Origin: an uncultured Acidobacteriaceae bacterium
Lineage (GTDB): Bacteria > Acidobacteriota > Terriglobia > Terriglobales > Acidobacteriaceae
NCBI GenBank assembly: GCA_963818945.1
Contig: CAWFUA010000004.1
Span: 254,976 to 318,975, forward strand
Direction: 5' to 3'
DNA: 64,000 nt
Shown here one piece after another: positions 1 to 10,650 of the stretch. Position 1 is the stretch's first letter; the number at the start of each line of letters is the position of its first letter. Position numbers and translations under genes: made by a program. The notes below the pieces were generated by a model, which had not been told where the DNA came from, did no database searches, and worked only from the letters and a program-made list of their open reading frames with translations.

Positions 1-1502
1 GACGGGAGTCAGGATGTGGCCGCCGGTGTAGCGGTAGGAAGCCATCCAGTGCGTTTTGGACTTGGGCACGGTTCCGCTGAATTTAGCGGCGACGGCCTGG
101 CGGGTTTCGGTGCGGATAAAGTCGCGGGCATCCTCAATCTGAATGTCGGGCCGCGAGAGATCGAGCACGCCGCCGTAGGCGTAATCGAGGGTGGCAGTCA
201 GATCGGAGAGAAGCTTGCGTTGCAAAATCAGGCGCACGCCGCGGGTGGAGAAATCGTTGCCCTGGTAGTTGAAGGTGCCGGAATAGATATCGGGGAGGAC
301 GTCGCCGGAGTCGGAAGAGAGATCCCCGATGCCGGTTAGGACGGGATCGGCGATGGCGTCGGAGAAGAACGCGATCTGCATGTTGGTTTTGCCGAAGCGC
401 TGGGAGAGAGAGATTTCCTGGTGACGAGCGCGCTCCACCGCGGGCGAGAAATTGGTCATGCTCATGCGCGGGCCGGTGGCACCGGGATCGGAGGAAGCCG
501 GATCGAAATGATCACTGGAAAGATCTTCAGCGGCTGAGCGGGGCACGGAACTCTGGTACTGGTACTCAAGGACAGTATTCGGGGAGATATGGAGATCGGC
601 CGAGCCGAAAGGCCTGAAGGCGCGAACGCGGCCAAGGAACTGAATGGTTTGCAACTCGCTGCCGAGGCTCAACTCGAGGCGGTCGCCCACGACGACACGG
701 TCGGAACTGGTGAGGGAGACGGCCTGGAGCGTGGCGGCGGGCATGTTGTTGAGATCGGAAGAATTGAAGCGGAGCGCGGTCAGCGAGAAGGAGGGCTCCG
801 AGAAGCTATTGAAGTGTCCGGTGTAGGTGGTGCGGAGAACGGCCGCAGGAATGCCGGCGCCGCCCGATCCGTAGCCCAAGTCTCCATTGAGGCGGAGAGT
901 GCCGGTCGATAACAAGGGATGCTCGACGGAGAAAGCGGCGTTCATGTCGGCCGAATTGCCGAAACCTTCGCCGAGCGAGCCGCCCAGCAGCGCCAGCGTT
1001 CCTTTTAAATCGCCGGGACTTCCATGCTCAACTACCGCGGTGGTGCCGTCGGGGAGCACGCGTAAAACGGGGCGATTGGAGATGGAACGCAAAGTCCACT
1101 TCCAGTCGTCCTGGTCGGACTGCGCCGGCAAGGTGACGAGTTGGATGGCTTCAAAGAGGTTGGTCATGGTGATGTTGACCATGAGGCTGGCACCGGCGTG
1201 GATGCCAACCCTTTCGCGCAAGGTGGGAAGAAACGAGGGAGCACTGACCTTAACGCTATAGATTCCGGGCAGGAGTTTCGCGATGGAGTAGAAGCCGCGA
1301 TCGTCAGTAAAAGCCTTGAGGGTTCGCGAGGCAGGCTCGAGTATTCCAGCGCTCAACTGGGGCAAGAGTTCAACGGCGGCGCCCATTTGCGGAACACCGC
1401 TGGAGTCGCGGACGTAGCCGGAGATCGTGCCGGACTGCGAAGCAGACCAAGCCGGAAACGCCAGGAGCAGGACGGTCACGAGGAACCCGAGCTTTTTGAT
1501 CA
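1..1502 (-). CDS. CarboxypepD_reg-domain / TonB-dependent-receptor-like outer membrane protein, N-terminal part only (gene runs off the window start)
   Basis: Absent from the ORF track because there is no stop in the window. My reverse-complement translation from ATG 1502-1500 gives MIKKLGFLVTVLLLAFPAWSASQSGTISGYVRDSSGVPQMGAAVELL...TDDRGFYSIAKLLPGIYSVKV. This is a signal peptide plus a carboxypeptidase-regulatory-like beta-sandwich. The + strand ORFs listed here look like GC-rich shadow frames. Confidence 0.55.
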
Positions 1503-1559
1503 TCGCGCCCACCACTTTGGACGACGGGCAAGTGGCCCGCCGCTGCTTTGAACAGCAGT

Positions 1560-3320
1560 TTACTCCACCGAGAACGTTGCGGTGGGATCGACTGTCTGCT
1601 TGGAAAGTCTATCGTTTACTTTGATCTCGATCTTGTAAGTGCCGGGCTGCAGGTTGGCCGCGGAAAGCGTCTTCTGCAGCGTGACCTGATCGCCAATGTT
1701 GCCCATGGTGTCGGTGGATTCGACTGTATGAATTACGGCCTTGTTGTTAGCGTCGGTAACGTTATATTCAACCGTGGCGGAAGGCTTGTGGGTCTTCTCG
1801 TCCACGCTGAGATTGTAAACCTGCATCCAGAAATTGAGCTTTTGATTGCGTTTGAAGGAAACCGGCTTGCCGTCGGCGGATTGCACGCGGGGGCGAACCT
1901 TCGTGGTTCCGATGACGAAGTTGCCGGTGCCAACGTTCTTGGCTGCGACCGTCTCCATCTGATCGGCGATGATAAGCGAGGAGTTGCTGAGGCGGTCCTC
2001 GCTGAAATCGGGAACGACGATGCCGCGGCTCCAGGAGCCTTTGCGGTCGCCGTTCACATCCTTAACGACGACGTCGAGGCGGTAGCGATTCTGGCTGATA
2101 CGAAGGGGCAGAGCCTTCCAGTAGATCGAAGAATTTTCTGCGGTTTTGGGCAGCAATTCCGGGGGCACATCGATCTGAACCGTGTCTTCGAAGGTCTGGA
2201 CGATTCTGCCGGTCAGGGTCGTGACGCGCCCGAAAATATTGACCGTGCCCCGCTGAATGCCTTCTTTGTTCTGGAACGTGACGTCGCGGTTCTTGACCTG
2301 GATGGTGACTGGAACGAGGACGGTGTCGCCAGTGACCTTCACGAAATCGACGCGGACGTCGAATGGCATCAGGTTGACGCTGATTTTGTGGGTGACAACT
2401 TCTTCGAGATCCTTGAATTTAACGGCCGGAGCTGACTGCAGCTTGGCGAACTGCTCGAGCCGGTCGAATTGCTTGCTTTGCATATTCTGGTTCATGGGTC
2501 CGCCGCCCAGCTGTTCCAGGCCGCCGCCGGTGAAGCGGCTCGCCTTGCTCGACATTCCCATCTGTTCGTAGAGCGTGAGGCCAGCATTGGGGGTGTACTT
2601 CAAGGCGTCTTTTTCGGAGCGATCAATGGTCATGTGGTAGTCGCCGCACATGCAAGTGTCGACGAACTCGATGATGACTTCCTGGCCGATGCCCTCGATG
2701 TAGCGATAGCGCCATTGCTCAAAGGGGAAGGTGGAAGTTTCGCCGCCGCCTTCCTCCATGGGACGTTCATAACTGCCGCCGGAGGGGTGAGATTCGATCT
2801 CGTCGGGCGGGCCAAACACGATGTACATGTGGCCGCGGTCGGTACGCCAACCGGGGATGCCGGCGGGGTAGTGCTCGTTGGCATAGGCAATGCGGCGGTA
2901 GTGCTCTTCCTTGAATTCGTTCTCCTCGGTGTCGGGGGTAGGATCGCGGCGCTGCCAGAAGGCTTCAATGAACTGATCGCGTTCCTCGTCGTTAGAAAGC
3001 TGCATGAAGGCGGACTTTTCCTGATCAGTGATGATCCAGCGGACGTCCTCGTCAAGCCACTTCTTGTAGGTCTTACTCAACTCGACCTTGAGCGCCCTCG
3101 CATTGGCCTTTTTCTGTTTTTCCGGCAGGGGCCGCTTTAGGGGGTCGGTCTGATTATCCGGAGGGGACTGGGCATTGACGGTCTTGGCATCCTTCGCGTC
3201 CTGGTCCTGGGCCCGAGAAACAAGGGGGGAACCCAACGCGATCACGCCCGCCAGTACGCCAATCGACAATCGACCCGGGAAACTTGAGGGAAACATAGAA
3301 GAACCTGCCTTGCGAGACAC
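1560..3320 (-). CDS. GWxTD domain-containing secreted protein
   Basis: 586 aa ORF with an N-terminal signal-like segment and the motif PGWRTDRGHMYIVFGPPDEIESHPSGG, characteristic of the GWxTD family. Confidence 0.8.
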   Translation of the reverse strand: MSRKAGSSMFPSSFPGRLSIGVLAGVIALGSPLVSRAQDQDAKDAKTVNAQSPPDNQTDPLKRPLPEKQKKANARALKVELSKTYKKWLDEDVRWIITDQEKSAFMQLSNDEERDQFIEAFWQRRDPTPDTEENEFKEEHYRRIAYANEHYPAGIPGWRTDRGHMYIVFGPPDEIESHPSGGSYERPMEEGGGETSTFPFEQWRYRYIEGIGQEVIIEFVDTCMCGDYHMTIDRSEKDALKYTPNAGLTLYEQMGMSSKASRFTGGGLEQLGGGPMNQNMQSKQFDRLEQFAKLQSAPAVKFKDLEEVVTHKISVNLMPFDVRVDFVKVTGDTVLVPVTIQVKNRDVTFQNKEGIQRGTVNIFGRVTTLTGRIVQTFEDTVQIDVPPELLPKTAENSSIYWKALPLRISQNRYRLDVVVKDVNGDRKGSWSRGIVVPDFSEDRLSNSSLIIADQMETVAAKNVGTGNFVIGTTKVRPRVQSADGKPVSFKRNQKLNFWMQVYNLSVDEKTHKPSATVEYNVTDANNKAVIHTVESTDTMGNIGDQVTLQKTLSAANLQPGTYKIEIKVNDRLSKQTVDPTATFSVE

Positions 3321-3723
3321 CGCGTGCTAATGATTCTATGGTTATTGGATACAACTAGGCAAGGAAAAGAGGTCCGGCCGGAAAGATTTTCTATGGCCAC
3401 CGCTTCGCTAACTATATTAAGAATCCATGCCTTGCGAGCGAGGCTGATGCGAGCTATGACGCCCTGGCAGGCATTCGACTTGGAATGGGGTCACGCTATA
3501 ATGACTTGGGTCTAAATCGGGAGCTTCTGAAACGGACTCAAGTCCCGCGTTCGGAGGAGTGTTTGCGCACTCTCCGGGGAACTTTGCAGCGGGTTGGAAC
3601 GTAGTTGATAATGAGATCGAGGCAGCGGGCGATCAGGTCATCGGTTCGATCTGAAAACCACCAAGCCGTACAAGAAATCGCCGGATACAACGTCTTTTGG
3701 TAACCACTGCAATAATTGACTGA

Positions 3724-5100
3724 ATGAAAACCTGGAAAAAAGTACTGATCGGTGCAGGCGCCGTTGTGGCGCTCGCAATCATCGTCGCCGTTACCGTCTA
3801 CCAGAGCCGCAAGAACCTGGTTACGGTGCAAACCGGGAAAGCCCAAAAGCAGAATCTGAGTGCGATCGTGAGTGCATCGGGCGAGATCAAACCCAAAACC
3901 TACGTTAACCTCGGCGCGAACGCTTTCGGCAAGATCGTCAAGCTGCACGTGAAGGAGGGCGACCGAGTCAAGAAGGGACAGGTTGTGGCGCAGTTGGAGA
4001 ACGTTCAGTCTTCGGCGGACGTGAATGCGACCAAGGCGTCTGTACAGGCGGCGCAGACCGATTTCGTGGCGGCGGAAGCAGGCCTTGAAACATCGCGGGC
4101 AGATTTGAATCGAGCGAAGTCGGACGCCGATCATGCCCGGCTGGATTGGGAACGGGCCCAGGGGCTCTATAAGGATGCGCTCATCGCCAAGCAGGATTAC
4201 GACACGAAAAAGGCAGCTTGGGAATCGGCCGAAGCCGGACTGGCGCAAGCCCAGGCGCGGGTGGATCAGGCCAAAGCGCAGAAGGATTCCGCGCAGAAAC
4301 ACATTTCTCAGAATCAAGCGAACCTGGCGCGGGTTTCCGACGTACTACAAAAGACGATCTATGCATCGCCTTTCGACGGCGTGATTACGAACCTGCCAGT
4401 CCGCGAAGGGGAGACGGTGGTGATGGGGATCCAGAACTCGCCGGGAAGCACGCTCATGACGATTGCAGACATGTCCGTGATTACGGCGGAAGTGAAGGTG
4501 GACGAGACCGACATCGTCAACGTGCACATTGGCCAGGCGGCCGAGGTGACAATTGATGCGATCCCGCGCAAGGTTTTTCACGGGACGGTGAGTGAGATCG
4601 GCGACAACGCCATGGTGCGTTCGACGGGGGTATCGACCTCGCAGTCCACATCGACGAGCGAGGAAGCGAAGGACTTCAAAGTGGTGGTGACGCTGACCGA
4701 CCCGCCATCGGATTTGAGGCCTGGGCTGTCGACAACCGCGAAGATTACGACCGCGACACGGAACAACGTGGTCAGTATTCCGATCCAGGCGTTGACGGTG
4801 CGCACGCAGGCGGACCTGGCACCCAAGGACGGGAAAGGGGAGGTGCAGGCTGCGGCTCCCGTGGACACGGCGAAGCAGAAGGAAGAAATTCAGGGTGTTT
4901 TCGTGATTCGTAACAAAAAGGCGGAGTTTGTTCCCGTGGAAACCGGTATCAGCGGCACAACCGACATCGAAGTAACCAAGGGCGTGCGCGAGGGTGACGA
5001 AATCATTACGGGCAGCTACAAAGTTTTGCGCACCTTGAAACCGGGAACGAATGTCAAAATAGACAATTCGGCCCCGAAAAAAGAGGAAGAAAGCAGCTAG
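3724..5100 (+). CDS. Efflux transporter periplasmic adaptor subunit (HlyD/MacA family)
   Basis: 458 aa with an N-terminal TM segment, a long alpha-helical hairpin (AQTDFVAAEAGLETSRADLNRAKSD...QAKAQKDSAQ), and barrel-sandwich/beta-barrel segments (SPFDGVITNLPVREGETV). It is followed by an ABC ATPase. Confidence 0.85.
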   Translation: MKTWKKVLIGAGAVVALAIIVAVTVYQSRKNLVTVQTGKAQKQNLSAIVSASGEIKPKTYVNLGANAFGKIVKLHVKEGDRVKKGQVVAQLENVQSSADVNATKASVQAAQTDFVAAEAGLETSRADLNRAKSDADHARLDWERAQGLYKDALIAKQDYDTKKAAWESAEAGLAQAQARVDQAKAQKDSAQKHISQNQANLARVSDVLQKTIYASPFDGVITNLPVREGETVVMGIQNSPGSTLMTIADMSVITAEVKVDETDIVNVHIGQAAEVTIDAIPRKVFHGTVSEIGDNAMVRSTGVSTSQSTSTSEEAKDFKVVVTLTDPPSDLRPGLSTTAKITTATRNNVVSIPIQALTVRTQADLAPKDGKGEVQAAAPVDTAKQKEEIQGVFVIRNKKAEFVPVETGISGTTDIEVTKGVREGDEIITGSYKVLRTLKPGTNVKIDNSAPKKEEESS

Positions 5101-5266
5101 GCTCTTGGCAGAGACAGGGCTTACCCCGTCTTTGCCGGCCTGATCTCCAGAAAGAGACGCGACAAGCCGCGTCTCTGCAAGTGGCGACTAACCGATAGCG
5201 GGTTAGCACGTCAAAGTAAGAGCGGCCAGAGGAGCGCCCGTGCCAGAGCCGGATAAGGAGAAGAAG

Positions 5267-6031
5267 ATGGCGACTGCGGAGGTACTTTCCATTGACAGGC
5301 CAACCAGCGAACGGCCTACGAATTGGGCGGCGCCAGACTCCTGCATGATTGCGACCGAGGACCTGTGGAAGACCTATGACATGGGCTCGGAGCAACAGGT
5401 GCACGCGCTGCGCGGGATCAACCTGCGCATCCAGCGCAACGAATATGTCGCCATCATGGGCCCCTCGGGATCGGGTAAATCGACGCTGATGAATCTGATT
5501 GGCTGCCTGGATTCGCCTTCCAAAGGGCAGTACTGGCTCAACGGGCAACTGGTGAGCGAGCTTGACGACGACGAACTGGCCCGCATCCGCAACAAGGAAA
5601 TTGGATTTGTGTTTCAGACGTTCAACCTGCTGGCACGGGCCACGTCGCTGCATAACGTGGAGCTGCCACTGATCTATGCGGGCGTGCCGTCGGCGGAACG
5701 CATGGAGCGCGCCAAAGCGGCATTGGCTTCCGTTGGCATGGCAGACCGCATGAACCACAAGCCAAACGAGCTTTCCGGCGGACAGCGGCAGCGTGTTGCC
5801 GTGGCGCGGGCGCTGGTCAATAAGCCTGCCATCATCCTGGCGGATGAGCCGACCGGCAACCTCGACTCGCAGACGGGCAACGAAATCATGGCGCTGTTTG
5901 ACCGCCTGCACGCGGAGGGAAATACGATCGTGCTGGTGACGCACGAGCACGATATCGCCGAATACGCGCACCGGATTATTTACATCAAGGACGGTGTGGT
6001 GGCGCGGGACGAAGTGAAAGAGGGGCGGTAG
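5267..6031 (+). CDS. ABC transporter ATP-binding protein (MacB/LolD-type)
   Basis: Walker [10 protein letters not shown], signature [15 protein letters not shown], Walker [15 protein letters not shown] at 5267 is preceded by AAGGAGAAG; the track start at 5240 is a GTG. Confidence 0.9.
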   Translation: MATAEVLSIDRPTSERPTNWAAPDSCMIATEDLWKTYDMGSEQQVHALRGINLRIQRNEYVAIMGPSGSGKSTLMNLIGCLDSPSKGQYWLNGQLVSELDDDELARIRNKEIGFVFQTFNLLARATSLHNVELPLIYAGVPSAERMERAKAALASVGMADRMNHKPNELSGGQRQRVAVARALVNKPAIILADEPTGNLDSQTGNEIMALFDRLHAEGNTIVLVTHEHDIAEYAHRIIYIKDGVVARDEVKEGR

Positions 6032-6127
6032 GGGTTTCGCCGCTCGCCGTTCGTCGTTCGCTTTTTCTTGGGATACGCGGGCAATCTGCCCGCGTTTCTG
6101 TTTTGCGATTCTCGCCTATTTGCCGGC

Positions 6128-8071
6128 TTATGTTCCGAGTAGGGACTGAGCTTCTTTCTTTGCTGCCGCAAAATCCTTAGAGAACCGGGCTACGCGCTCG
6201 CGAATAGCGCTTGCCTCCGCCGAATGCCCTTGCTGGTCGAGCGCGCCGGCGATGAGAAGGAAGCCGACATCCGTGGGCTGGATGGCCATGGCGCGGGAAT
6301 ACTGGCGGATGGCTTCGTCGAAATCACCACTCTTTTGTGCGACCAGTCCGAGCCCAACTATAGGCATGGGTTCGTCAGGCGCGAGATCGCTTGCCGTCTC
6401 GAAACATTTCGTGGCCTGCGCCAAGTCACCGAGCTGGCGGTAGACCGAGCCCATATTGGCATAAGCGTCGGCGCGAAGAATGGGTTGGGCCGCATGTTGG
6501 GCTACGACTTGATAGTGCTCGATGGCCGTCCGCAGATTTCCCCGCGCCTGCTCGTAGGCGCCGAGGCCCAAGTTGGCGTTCAAGTCGCCGGGAAGGATGG
6601 CGCTGGCGGCACGGAAATGGACCACGGCCTCGTCGGTGCGGCCTTCATCGGATAAATAAAAGCCCAGCATGTCATGAGCGATGGAGTTGTTCTCGGTGAG
6701 CGCCAGCGTGCGCGTCCAGATGGACTCACTGTTGCGCCAATAGCCAAGCTGCCGATAGGTGAGACCGCCGAGCACAAGCAGACCGGCAAAGGCGGGGACG
6801 GCTATCCATGTGGCGGGAACGCGATAATTCTTAGCCAAATCGGCGGTCAGCCAGGTTGACATCAAGAACAGGCCGAGGAACGGAAGGTAGGCAAAGTGGT
6901 CGGGCATGGCCTGCGCCCCGACCCGCACCAAGCCGATCATCGGGACCAGCGAACCCAGGAACCAGAACCATCCAGTGGCAAGATAGCGCTGTTGGTGCGC
7001 GCGTAGGACGCCAGCCGTAATGCCGATCAGCAGCAACGTGGCGGCGGCTACTTTCCATACGGGGTAGAGCTGCGTGGGTTGGGGGTAAAGCAGCACCAGG
7101 TTTGTGGGCCAGAGCGCTTTGCCCAGATAGTGAGCGTAGGAAATGAGGGCTGTCTCCAAACGCAGGAGCGGGCCCGCGGAGGAGAGCGTCTGCACAGCGC
7201 CGCCCGCTTTTTGCCCTTTCATAGTGACGACTGCGCAGGCGGCGGAGAGCGCGAGGAGCGGGAGTTTTTCGAAAATGAGCCATCCAAGCGAAGCCCGCGG
7301 TGACGCGGCTCCATTCAAGTCGCCGGCTTCGGCGACGGGGTGCTCGGTCGCGCTTTTGGCGGGCGCTCCGGCGAGGCGGTGGAGAGGCCAGTAGTCGAAC
7401 AACAAAAGCAGAAACGGAAGGGTAACGATCTGCGATTTGCTGAGCAGGCCCATCGCAAACAAAAGCGCGACCAGCGCATAGCGTGTGAGCCTGGGCTGGC
7501 GCGCGTAAGCCACGTAGGCGTGGAACGCGAGCAGAAGGAAAAGCATGCTCAGGACGTTCTTGCGCTCAGCGGCCCAAGCTACGGATTCGACATTGATGGG
7601 ATGCAGCGCAAACAGAGCGGCGACGAACAGGCTACGCCAGGGGAATCCAGTGGCGGCTCGGAGAAGCAGAAAGAGCAGAACGGCGTTGGCTGCGTGCAAC
7701 AGGACGTTGACTTCGTGATGCGCGGCGGGATCCATGCCGAAAAGCTGGCAGTCAAGCGCGTGGGTGAGCCAGGTCAGGGGGTGGTAATGGGCGCCCTCGA
7801 AAGTGGTGAAGGCCCATTTCACCGTCTGCGCGGTGAGGCCCGCTTTTATATGCTGGTTGGTAGCGATATAAGTGCCGTCGTCAAAATTGAGGAAGCCGTT
7901 GTGCGCCACGGGGCTGTAGGCGACAACCACGAAAGCAATTAGCAGCAGAGCCATCGGCAGGGTGCGCTTTTCGGGCGACAGGAACAGACTGGACCGAGGG
8001 GCAAGCGGGTCCTCGGGCCGCTTCGTAATGGTTGCTACGCCAGGCGCACTCATGGATAGAACGATTTTCAA
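6128..8071 (-). CDS. Multi-pass membrane protein (GT-C/PMT_2-like N-terminus) fused to C-terminal TPR repeats
   Basis: 647 aa with about 10 hydrophobic segments. The N-terminal motif FLNFDDGTYI resembles the GT-C DxD loop. The C-terminal ~200 aa is TPR-like (AYANMGSVYRQLGDLAQATKCFETASDLAPDE...). Confidence 0.6.
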   Translation of the reverse strand: MKIVLSMSAPGVATITKRPEDPLAPRSSLFLSPEKRTLPMALLLIAFVVVAYSPVAHNGFLNFDDGTYIATNQHIKAGLTAQTVKWAFTTFEGAHYHPLTWLTHALDCQLFGMDPAAHHEVNVLLHAANAVLLFLLLRAATGFPWRSLFVAALFALHPINVESVAWAAERKNVLSMLFLLLAFHAYVAYARQPRLTRYALVALLFAMGLLSKSQIVTLPFLLLLFDYWPLHRLAGAPAKSATEHPVAEAGDLNGAASPRASLGWLIFEKLPLLALSAACAVVTMKGQKAGGAVQTLSSAGPLLRLETALISYAHYLGKALWPTNLVLLYPQPTQLYPVWKVAAATLLLIGITAGVLRAHQQRYLATGWFWFLGSLVPMIGLVRVGAQAMPDHFAYLPFLGLFLMSTWLTADLAKNYRVPATWIAVPAFAGLLVLGGLTYRQLGYWRNSESIWTRTLALTENNSIAHDMLGFYLSDEGRTDEAVVHFRAASAILPGDLNANLGLGAYEQARGNLRTAIEHYQVVAQHAAQPILRADAYANMGSVYRQLGDLAQATKCFETASDLAPDEPMPIVGLGLVAQKSGDFDEAIRQYSRAMAIQPTDVGFLLIAGALDQQGHSAEASAIRERVARFSKDFAAAKKEAQSLLGT

Positions 8072-8161
8072 CCAGCGGAAGAGCGTTCGGCGACAAGGAA
8101 CTAAGCAGGGAAGTGCCTTTGGTCACGGCCTGGGTTGAGCGACGTGGAATGTAAAAATTGT

Positions 8162-8857
8162 CTAGTCAGAGGCTAAGACTACTTCGACCACTTTCCCGGC
8201 TGGTGCGTTTAGGCGCGTCATTACCCCGTCTTTCTCAGCGTGGACCTCGACCATCTGGCCATTGCCGGCGTGCGCGGGCAGGATGAAGTTCCCCTTGCTG
8301 TCAGTGATTGTGGCTTCGGGATGACCGGCAACCGAAACCGTTGCGCCCGATACCGCAACCATCTTTTCGTTGACCACTACCCCTTTGATTTTAGCCGAGG
8401 TTTCGGCGACAAGCGAAATGGTGAGGGTTGGGTAATAGTCGTTGGCCAGGATGAGAGTGGAAGCGCCCTTCAAAAATTCATCCTTGACGGTCGCAGAGAA
8501 ACTCACCTTGCCATCTGCGGGGCGGGTTTGGGGCGGGATGTCGAGCCGCCAGCCCCCTTCGCAGATTTTCAGGTCGTCGCCATGCGAGGATTTCAACTGG
8601 GCGTAGTAGACCGGCGACCGGTCGGGCCTGACCAGAAGAACCTGAATGTGATATACGCCGCGCGATTGGACAGTGTGGTTGACGGCCATCGGAACAAGTC
8701 CGAGAGCAATGAGAAGAAGAGCCGCAACGGAACCAGCGACTGGTCGCTTTGCGCGCAGAGCGAGGGCGAAAACAACTACCGCGGACACCAAAAATATTAT
8801 GGCAACCAGTCCCGGGTAAGGAACATGGTTCGCTATTTTGAGCGCTTGCTCAGACAT
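8162..8857 (-). CDS. Membrane-anchored protein with C-terminal carboxypeptidase-regulatory-like domain
   Basis: 231 aa with two N-terminal TM helices. The C-terminal IKGVVVNEKMVAVSGATVSVAGHPEATITDSKGNFILP is typical of the CarboxypepD_reg fold. Confidence 0.5.
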   Translation of the reverse strand: MSEQALKIANHVPYPGLVAIIFLVSAVVVFALALRAKRPVAGSVAALLLIALGLVPMAVNHTVQSRGVYHIQVLLVRPDRSPVYYAQLKSSHGDDLKICEGGWRLDIPPQTRPADGKVSFSATVKDEFLKGASTLILANDYYPTLTISLVAETSAKIKGVVVNEKMVAVSGATVSVAGHPEATITDSKGNFILPAHAGNGQMVEVHAEKDGVMTRLNAPAGKVVEVVLASD

Positions 8858-9017
8858 GAATGATTTTTCCTACAGTTCAGTACAACTCGCATCGCTCGGA
8901 GCCGCAAGTTCCGAAGGGGAGTGATCGGCCGGGGATGGGCAGTCCCAGGAGATTAAGGTAAAGAGGCGTGTGCGGGAGCCGTTTCAGCACAACTCGGGGC
9001 GGATCCGCGTCATGACC

Positions 9018-10253
9018 TTACTGTTGGGCGGCAGCGTGAATGATCTTCTCAAGATCGGGCGCCGGCGTTGTGCCGTTGGAGCGCGCCACGAAGAAATTGT
9101 GATCGTAGAGATTGCGGTACATGCGGCCGGCAATTTCGGCGGCCTTGGGGCCGAACGTGGGACGGCCTCCCTGTAGGAAGACGACGGTCACGATGCGTCC
9201 GATATCGGTGTTGGCATAGGAAGCGAACCATCCGAAGCGCGTGCCCGCGTGCGAGCAGGTGCCGGTTTTTCCCAGGATCGATTCCTCGTCGAAGTTGAGG
9301 CGCAGGCTGCGCGCGGTACCGTATCGAACGGCGCCGGCCATGCCGTCGGAGAGTTCGGGGATGGCAGAAGCGATGTCGAGGTGACGCTTGATCACTGGTT
9401 GAAAGCCAGCAACCGCATCGGGCGAAGCGGGATGTTGCAGGTAATAAAGAGTGCCGCCGTTGGCGATCGCCGCAACCATGGCGCCGAGTTGCAGGGGCGT
9501 CATCGAAATGCCTTCGCCGAACGAGCACATCTTGCCGACGCCGCCCAGCTTCGAGGAGATTTCTTCTTCCGGATATTGGCCGAGGTGCTCGCCAGGAATG
9601 TGATAACCGGCATACTCGCCGAGTCCAAACTGGTGCGCGTAATACTGGACCTTCTCAAAGCCGAGCTTGCGACCGACGGCCTCGAAGTAAGCGTTGTTGG
9701 AATGGGCGAGCGCTTCGGTCAGGGTCATGCGCGTGCGGCGAGAGAGCGGGACTTCGGTTTCTTTGTCGATCAGGCCTTCGCTGACTCCCGCCAAAGCGAC
9801 CGAGAGCTTGATGGTGGAGCAGGGCTGCGCGCCGCTGGAGAGCGCGAGCCTCTGGTTGACCATGGCGAGAATTCGTCCGCTGGTCGGCTCGATGGCGACC
9901 ACGGTGCCGTTCATGTTGCCGAGCGCGTCAATGGCGGCCGCGCGCACGATGGGATCTTCGCCGGCCGTAATGTCACCTTCGGTGATGTCAGATGCGAATG
10001 AACTGGTATGGAAACGCTCGTAATAGCGGTGGCGGCGGCGATGGGCGGCGGATTTTGCGAGTGGCGCGCGGCTGTGCGCGAGCGCGTGCATGCGGCGGCG
10101 GGCGTGCTGACTTTCCGTTACGGAACGGGATTTTGATTTCGGCGCAAGCGCGTGCGGATTGACGCTGGCTGCGATGCCGCTCGCTTCGAGCAGCGCCGCC
10201 AAAACAAATAGGAAAGCCAGACGAAGCGGCCAGATACAGAACTTACTCTTCAC
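9018..10253 (-). CDS. Penicillin-binding transpeptidase-domain protein (class-D beta-lactamase/PBP-like)
   Basis: 411 aa with a signal peptide and the three motifs STIK (CSTIKLSVA), SNN (HSNNAYF) and KTGT (GKTGTCS). Confidence 0.8.
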   Translation of the reverse strand: MKSKFCIWPLRLAFLFVLAALLEASGIAASVNPHALAPKSKSRSVTESQHARRRMHALAHSRAPLAKSAAHRRRHRYYERFHTSSFASDITEGDITAGEDPIVRAAAIDALGNMNGTVVAIEPTSGRILAMVNQRLALSSGAQPCSTIKLSVALAGVSEGLIDKETEVPLSRRTRMTLTEALAHSNNAYFEAVGRKLGFEKVQYYAHQFGLGEYAGYHIPGEHLGQYPEEEISSKLGGVGKMCSFGEGISMTPLQLGAMVAAIANGGTLYYLQHPASPDAVAGFQPVIKRHLDIASAIPELSDGMAGAVRYGTARSLRLNFDEESILGKTGTCSHAGTRFGWFASYANTDIGRIVTVVFLQGGRPTFGPKAAEIAGRMYRNLYDHNFFVARSNGTTPAPDLEKIIHAAAQQ

Positions 10254-10650
10254 GAAACCCCATCCCCGGATAAATGGATAGCCAAGAATTGCTTGTCTAC
10301 CTAATGATTAAGATGCACGACAATCGCCAAATTTCCCGAAGGATCGGCTGTCCCGTGCAGCTATCCGATAGTAGGGGATTTCGGACGTAAGGCGCAATCA
10401 GAAAGTATAGATTGATTAATAGTTTATGAGACTGGGTAAATAATTGAATGCAAACAGGTTAGCTTATTTCTATCGAGGGACAGGGCCATTGGTAATCTGC
10501 TCGCCTTGTTACCTCCTTTGATACTGTCTCCGCAATTCTTTGCGCTTTCATCCGTCCCATGCAACGGGGCCTTGTGCACCGGAAGATGCATTTTTCTGTT
10601 ATTTTCTGACACCAATAGCTTCCGCGCGGCATTACCAAGTGAGCCATGCA

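Noticed and set aside
1548-2435. 295 aa plus-strand ORF
   Set aside because: It is antisense to the GWxTD protein and has no recognisable motifs.
3538-4317. 259 aa minus-strand ORF overlapping the adaptor gene
   Set aside because: It is antisense to a well-supported HlyD/MacA CDS and is R/L/G-rich low-complexity, typical of GC-rich shadow frames.
5054-5971. 305 aa minus-strand ORF
   Set aside because: It is antisense to the ABC ATPase, which has unmistakable Walker and signature motifs, and it is an R-rich shadow frame.
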